Assembly: GCA_018402605.1 (NCBI GenBank)
Contig: JAGYIK010000001.1
Coordinates: 1 to 40,426 of the forward strand
Direction of reading: 5' to 3'
DNA: 40,426 nucleotides
Source of the DNA: Litorivicinus sp.
Lineage (GTDB): Bacteria; Pseudomonadota; Gammaproteobacteria; Pseudomonadales; Litorivicinaceae
Below are positions 36,042-40,426 of the stretch, in pieces (the stretch's first letter is position 1; each line of letters begins with the position of its first letter). A program made the position numbers and the translations under genes. A model generated the notes under the pieces. It worked only from the letters and a program-made list of their open reading frames with translations. It was not told the DNA's origin and did not search any database.

Positions 36042-36381
36042 TGGAAGCGATTTTATTGATTGTGCACGTCCCTGATTGCTGCGGCTGTCATCGGACTGGT
36101 GTTAATTCAACGGGGCAAAGGCGCCGATGCCGGGGCCTCATTTGGGGGCGGCGCATCGCAAACGTGTTTGGCTCAGCCGGTGCCGGTGGTTTCCTCACGT
36201 GAAAGTTGACCGCAGGGCTTGCGGCGTTATTTTTCGTGACTGAACCTTGCGCTTGCAATGATCGCGAAAGATAAAGCAGTGTCAGCCGGGCGGTTGGGCT
36301 ACCGACGCTGCCAGCCTCTGGATCGGAGGCGCCAGTAGTGGATCGAGCGCGAAACCGTCAGGCTGATTTCTTGATTTTTAA
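36041..36381 (+). CDS. secG: Preprotein translocase subunit SecG (frameshifted read)
   Basis: MEAILLIVHV, IGLVLIQRGKGADAGASFGGGASQ, FGSAGAGGFLT; between tpiA and tRNA-Leu. End approximate. Confidence 0.9.
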
Positions 36382-36409
36382 GCGCAGGTCTTTAATCTGC
36401 GCGTCCCTT

Positions 36410-36495
36410 GCCGAAGTGGTGGAATTGGTAGACACGCTATCTTGAGGGGGTAGTGAGCGCAGCTCGTGCCGGTTCAAGTCCGGCCTTCGGCACCA
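36410..36495 (+). tRNA. tRNA-Leu (anticodon GAG)
   Basis: GCCGAAG acceptor, D loop GGAATTGGTAGAC, anticodon arm CTATC-TTGAGGG-GGTAG, long variable arm, GGTTCAAGTCC, CCA end. Confidence 0.98.
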
Positions 36496-36594
36496 TTTTC
36501 TCGAGTCATCTCGACTCAAATGTTCGTGATTCAAGCGAGATTGCGCTAGCATTTTGACTGGTGGACTCGGCGCATCTTTGCAGACGGAGGCAAG

Positions 36595-36966
36595 ATGGGT
36601 AAACCCGGCAATCAAGGGCTAACACGCATCATCAAGGCTGCGGGTTATTCAGCTAAAGGGTTCAAGGCGGCTTGGACCTACGAGTCGGCATTTCGTCAGG
36701 AAGTCGTGTTGACCGTTGCCCTGACCCCCTTGGCTTTCATCTTAGGCCGAGACCCTGTGGAGATTAGTCTGCTGATTGCATGCCTCGTATTGGTTGTGAT
36801 CATTGAATTGTTGAATTCCGGTATTGAAGCCGTGGTCGATCGGATTGGAGATGAGCCCCATACGCTATCCGGTCGCGCCAAGGATCTGGGTTCGGCTGCG
36901 GTGTTCCTGGCGTTGGTTTTGGTCGTCATTGTGTGGGGTGGCGTGTTCCTCGATCGTATCCTTTGA
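36595..36966 (+). CDS. dgkA: Diacylglycerol kinase
   Basis: GLTRIIKAAGYS, ESAFRQE, ELLNSGIEAVVDRIG, LSGRAKDLGSAAV; SD GGAGG. Confidence 0.97.
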   Translation: MGKPGNQGLTRIIKAAGYSAKGFKAAWTYESAFRQEVVLTVALTPLAFILGRDPVEISLLIACLVLVVIIELLNSGIEAVVDRIGDEPHTLSGRAKDLGSAAVFLALVLVVIVWGGVFLDRIL

Positions 36967-37033
36967 CCTTTATCAAGGGGTAAGCGGCCTTAGACCATCC
37001 TGCGTTGAAAACATGTATGGCTCTCTCTAGACT
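36963..37033 (+). promoter_or_regulatory. FNR-like box plus sigma-70 promoter for the 37093 ORF
   Basis: TTGAC-CTTT-ATCAA at 36963-36976; TTGAAA-N17-TAGACT at 37005-37033. Confidence 0.55.
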
Positions 37034-37092
37034 TCGTAGTCCTAATCGGCTCTGCGCCGGAAAATAAAAAAATAACCCAAGGAGACTGACTG

Positions 37093-37323
37093 ATGCTGAA
37101 AATCAAACGCCTAGGCAGACGAAGTTTCGAAGTGTTTCGTGATGGTGTTCCCATCGGTATTGTCCGGTTTTTACGCGACGTCCATCAGTGGAGTTTCAGA
37201 CCGTACCCAGCACCTGGTCGGGAAGGTGAGGCCGTTGAGCGACGCGACAGTGTTTTGCGAAATTTGTTGTGCGCGCATGGCGAGTACTGCGCAGTGGATC
37301 GAGGTGTCGCCGCCTCATCTTGA
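37093..37323 (+). CDS. Hypothetical 76-aa protein
   Basis: SD AAGGAG 8 nt before ATG, own promoter, fills the dgkA-rimP gap; no family recognised. Confidence 0.7.
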   Translation: MLKIKRLGRRSFEVFRDGVPIGIVRFLRDVHQWSFRPYPAPGREGEAVERRDSVLRNLLCAHGEYCAVDRGVAASS

Positions 37324-37348
37324 TTTCCACGCCTGTCATAGGCATAAT
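37320..37348 (+). promoter_or_regulatory. Sigma-70 promoter of rimP-nusA-infB
   Basis: TTGATT-N17-CATAAT. Confidence 0.65.
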
Positions 37349-37424
37349 ACCGTCACTTTTGACGAGGGGGCCCCGATGAAGCTGCGTTTCATGGGTGGCA
37401 GTGAGAAGTGAATACGCAGACGGC

Positions 37425-37446
37425 AACCCCAGTATGGGGTTTTTTC
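37425..37446 (+). promoter_or_regulatory. rimP leader terminator-like hairpin
   Basis: AACCCC-AGTAT-GGGGTT plus T run just before rimP, as in the conserved gammaproteobacterial rimP leader. Confidence 0.7.
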
Positions 37447-37463
37447 ATTTTTGGCAGACTGAA

Positions 37464-37955
37464 ATGACACCAAAACAGCAACAACTATTCGATTTGCTTG
37501 CGCCATCCGTGCATGCATTAGAGCTCGAGTTGTGGGCGATTGAGGTGATCGGTCGTGCCAATCGATCAACGTTGCGTGTCGTCATTGATCATCCGCAACG
37601 GCCGGTGACAGTTGAAGATTGTGAGCAGGTCAGCAGACAGATTTCGCGCGTCTTGGATGTAGAGGATCCGTTGCCCGAACGCTACACCTTGGAAGTATCG
37701 TCACCGGGAATTGAGCGGTCACTGCATCAACTTGAGCACTTCGCTCGGTTTGTTGGTCATGAAGCCAGAGTGAAGCTGAAAGTCCCCTTTGAGAGGCGAA
37801 AGAATTTTTCCGGCGTGATCGTCGGGGTTGAGAATCAGTCGGTGTTGTTGCAACAGGATGAAACAGAGTATGAGTTTCCTATTGAGCACATCGAGCGTGG
37901 ACAATTGATTGTGACAGATGTCACCGAGGCAGGCGGAAGCAAGCATGGGAAGTAA
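37464..37955 (+). CDS. rimP: Ribosome maturation factor RimP
   Basis: LRVVID, VEDCEQVSRQISRVLDVEDP, YTLEVSSPGIERSL. Confidence 0.96.
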   Translation: MTPKQQQLFDLLAPSVHALELELWAIEVIGRANRSTLRVVIDHPQRPVTVEDCEQVSRQISRVLDVEDPLPERYTLEVSSPGIERSLHQLEHFARFVGHEARVKLKVPFERRKNFSGVIVGVENQSVLLQQDETEYEFPIEHIERGQLIVTDVTEAGGSKHGK

Positions 37956-39468
37956 GGAAATTCTTCAGGTCGTCGAGCTCTTTTCAAATGAAAAGGGTAT
38001 CCCGAAGAGCGTAGTTTTTGAGGCTATCGAACAAGCGATTGCCACCGCAACGCGGAAGCGTTTTGACGAAGACGAAGAGGCGGACATTCGTGTCGCGATT
38101 GATCCCGCAACCGGTGAGTATGAGTCATTCCGCCGTTGGTTGGTTGTTGCAGATGACCACATGGCGATTCTGGGTTCTGAGTTGACGACAGAAGAAGCGC
38201 ATGAGATCGACCCAGGATTACAGGTTGGTGATATTTACGAGATTCCTGTTGAGTCAGCTGAGTTCGGTCGAATTGAAGCGCAGACAGCGAAGCAAGTTAT
38301 TGTCCAGAAAGTGCGCGAAGCAGAGCGTGAAAAGGTGGTTTCAGATTATGAGAGTCGCCTGCACGCGTTGGTCAATGGCTCCGTTAAAAAAGTGACGCGA
38401 GATGCCATCATCGTCGATTTGGGCGGTGCGGCCGAGGCGTTACTGCCGCGTGAGAATCTCATTGCGCGCGAGATTTTTCGAGTCAATGACAGGGTTCGCG
38501 CCATCTTGCATGAGATTCGGACTGAAGGACGTGGCCCACAGCTCATTTTGTCGCGGAAAGCGCCTGAGTTCTTGATCGAGCTGTTTAAGATTGAGGTCCC
38601 AGAGATTGCAGAAGAGACCATTGAGATTCGTGGCGCGGCTCGTGATCCGGGTCTCCGAGCAAAGATTGCGGTGAAAACTAACGATGGACGTATTGATCCC
38701 GTCGGTGCTTGTGTCGGAATGCGCGGCTCGCGTGTTCAAGCCGTCTCGAATGAACTGAATGGCGAGCGCGTTGATATCGTGTTGTGGGATGACAATCCTG
38801 CGCAACTCGTGATCAATGCCATGTCTCCTGCTGAGGTCTCATCCATTGTGATGGATGAAGACAATCGGTCGATGGACGTTGCTGTTACTGAGGATAATCT
38901 TGCACAGGCGATCGGTCGCGGTGGCCAGAATGTGCGGTTAGCTTCTGAATTAACCGGCTGGAAGCTCAATGTGATGAGTGAAGAGCAGGCGGAAGAGCGC
39001 CAAGAGGCTGAATCCGAGAAGCTTCTGAATATGTTTATGGTCCGTCTCGATGTTGATATTGAACTCTCGCAGATTTTGGTCGACGAGGGATTCACCTCGA
39101 TTGACGAGGTTGCCTATGTGCCCATTGAAGAGATGCTGGCAATTGATGGATTAGACGAGGATCTCGTCGAAACACTTCGTGCGCGCGCACGGGATGTGTT
39201 GCTGACTGCGGCATTGGCAGGTGAAGAAGCCAAAGAGCCGCAGGATGACCTGTTAACAATGGAGGGGATGACGCCCGGATTGGCGTATCAGCTGGCGGAT
39301 CGTGGTGTAAGCACCATGGAGGATCTGGCCGAATTGTCGGTTGACGAACTGACTGAAATCGAAGGCGTTGATGAAGTATCCGCCGCGGCACTGATCATGA
39401 AAGCACGCGAACCGTGGTTTGCTGATGAAGAAGATCAGAGCGCCGAAACACAAAGCGAACAGGAGTAG
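37945..39468 (+). CDS. nusA: Transcription termination/antitermination factor NusA
   Basis: FGRIEAQTAKQVIVQKVREAER, S1, ARDPGLRAKIAV, GACVGMRGSRVQ, QAIGRGGQNVRLAS, acidic repeats. Confidence 0.98.
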   Translation: MGSKEILQVVELFSNEKGIPKSVVFEAIEQAIATATRKRFDEDEEADIRVAIDPATGEYESFRRWLVVADDHMAILGSELTTEEAHEIDPGLQVGDIYEIPVESAEFGRIEAQTAKQVIVQKVREAEREKVVSDYESRLHALVNGSVKKVTRDAIIVDLGGAAEALLPRENLIAREIFRVNDRVRAILHEIRTEGRGPQLILSRKAPEFLIELFKIEVPEIAEETIEIRGAARDPGLRAKIAVKTNDGRIDPVGACVGMRGSRVQAVSNELNGERVDIVLWDDNPAQLVINAMSPAEVSSIVMDEDNRSMDVAVTEDNLAQAIGRGGQNVRLASELTGWKLNVMSEEQAEERQEAESEKLLNMFMVRLDVDIELSQILVDEGFTSIDEVAYVPIEEMLAIDGLDEDLVETLRARARDVLLTAALAGEEAKEPQDDLLTMEGMTPGLAYQLADRGVSTMEDLAELSVDELTEIEGVDEVSAAALIMKAREPWFADEEDQSAETQSEQE

Positions 39469-39471
39469 GTT

Positions 39472-40426
39472 TTGTCGCAAACAACAGTTAAGCAGTTGGC
39501 GTCCCTTGTTGGGATTGCTGCTGAACAACTTCTGGCACAAATGACCGAGGCTGGCGTCGCAAAGACATCCGCTGACGATGTGGTGACCGATGAAGAGAAG
39601 CAAAAGCTTTTAGCACATATCCGCTCAGGCTCAACGCGTGTGGCGACTGAGCCTGCCAAGGTGACGTTGCGTCGTAAATCGACGTCGACAGTTCGCACGG
39701 GCAGCGGAGCGGTCAACGTGGAGGTTCGTAAGAAGCGGACCTACGTGCATCGTGATTTGACTGCAGAGGCTGAGAAACAGCGCGAAGTGGAAGAGGCGAA
39801 GGAGCGCGAAACGCAAGAAGCTGCGGCCAAAGCGCAAGCTGCAGAAGAGGCGCGCCTTGCGGCTGAAGCAGCTGGTGAGACTGTCTCGGATACCCCGATC
39901 GCAGAGGCTGAACCAGCGGCAGAGCCGGTAATACCAGCAGACCCTGTGGTCTTGCCCGTCGATGCCATTCTTGAACCCGCTAAAGATGCCGATGGCAAGC
40001 GGCACAAGAAGGAAATCCATGCACGTCGCGAACGTGACGATGATCCGCCACGTCGGCATGGAAAACCAACGCTAAAACGCGATGAAAAACGCGGTGTGGG
40101 CTTAGTTGATGATGGTCGCGGACCGAAGATGCGAGGTCGCCGTAAGCCAGGTAAGGCGTCGGAAGAATTGTCTTCGCACCGATTTGAGAAGCCGGCTGCA
40201 CCAATCGTTCGAGAGGTGAAGATTTCTGGGCCAGTGACGGTTGCCGAGTTGGCAAGTCAGATGGCTGTGAAGTCGGGTGAGTTGATCAAAATCCTTATGA
40301 AGATGGGGGTGATGGCTACCATCAATCAGATCCTCGATGAAGACACCGCTGTGCTCGTCGTTGAAGAAATGGGTCACAAGATTGAAGTGGTGGCGTCTGA
40401 TGCACTTGAGCAATCTGTGAAGGTCG
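39472..40426 (+). CDS. infB: Translation initiation factor IF-2 (3' truncated by window)
   Basis: TTG start after AGGAG: MSQTTVKQLASLVG..VTDEEKQKLLAHI..VNVEVRKKRTYV..TVAELASQMAVKSGELIKILMKMGVMATINQILDEDTA; absent from the ORF track because it has no stop in the window. Confidence 0.96.
   Translation, partial: MSQTTVKQLASLVGIAAEQLLAQMTEAGVAKTSADDVVTDEEKQKLLAHIRSGSTRVATEPAKVTLRRKSTSTVRTGSGAVNVEVRKKRTYVHRDLTAEAEKQREVEEAKERETQEAAAKAQAAEEARLAAEAAGETVSDTPIAEAEPAAEPVIPADPVVLPVDAILEPAKDADGKRHKKEIHARRERDDDPPRRHGKPTLKRDEKRGVGLVDDGRGPKMRGRRKPGKASEELSSHRFEKPAAPIVREVKISGPVTVAELASQMAVKSGELIKILMKMGVMATINQILDEDTAVLVVEEMGHKIEVVASDALEQSVKV

Noticed and set aside
37361-37425. Guanidine-III (ykkC-III) riboswitch resemblance (ACGAGG ... 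AGACGGC)
   Set aside because: The pairing partner GCCGT and the enclosing stem are absent, and the downstream genes do not fit.

Overview
Core chromosomal region of a gammaproteobacterium (inference from proteins and synteny). From ~15.4 kb to the end it follows the Pseudomonas/Oceanospirillales-type backbone ssrA-smpB / ratA-rnfH / bamE / fur / recN / grpE-dnaK-dnaJ-dapB-carAB-greA / yhbY / rlmE-ftsH-folP-glmM-tpiA-secG-tRNA-Leu ... rimP-nusA-infB. The first 15 kb carry radA (3' end), pdxH, an RND pair, ibpA with a ROSE-type thermometer, a MaoC-Pta/ackA operon behind an FNR-like box, an unknown membrane ORF, glycerate kinase, a TPP riboswitch-thiY-AEC transporter unit, malate synthase G and a GNAT gene. 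Several blocks (about 8.8-9.4, 16.9-22.0, 28.35-32.2 and 35.9-36.4 kb) are full of indels in normally essential genes and read as uncorrected long-read consensus, not pseudogenes; coordinates there are approximate. I see no CRISPR array, prophage, IS or defence locus. The best candidates for something undescribed are modest: (1) a TPP riboswitch-controlled ThiY-type binding protein translationally coupled to an AEC secondary carrier instead of ThiX/ThiZ; (2) an orphan 76-aa gene with an FNR-like box where tRNA-fMet usually sits; (3) a switch-like structured leader before rimP-nusA-infB; (4) an SbtA-family bicarbonate transporter inserted directly behind fur.
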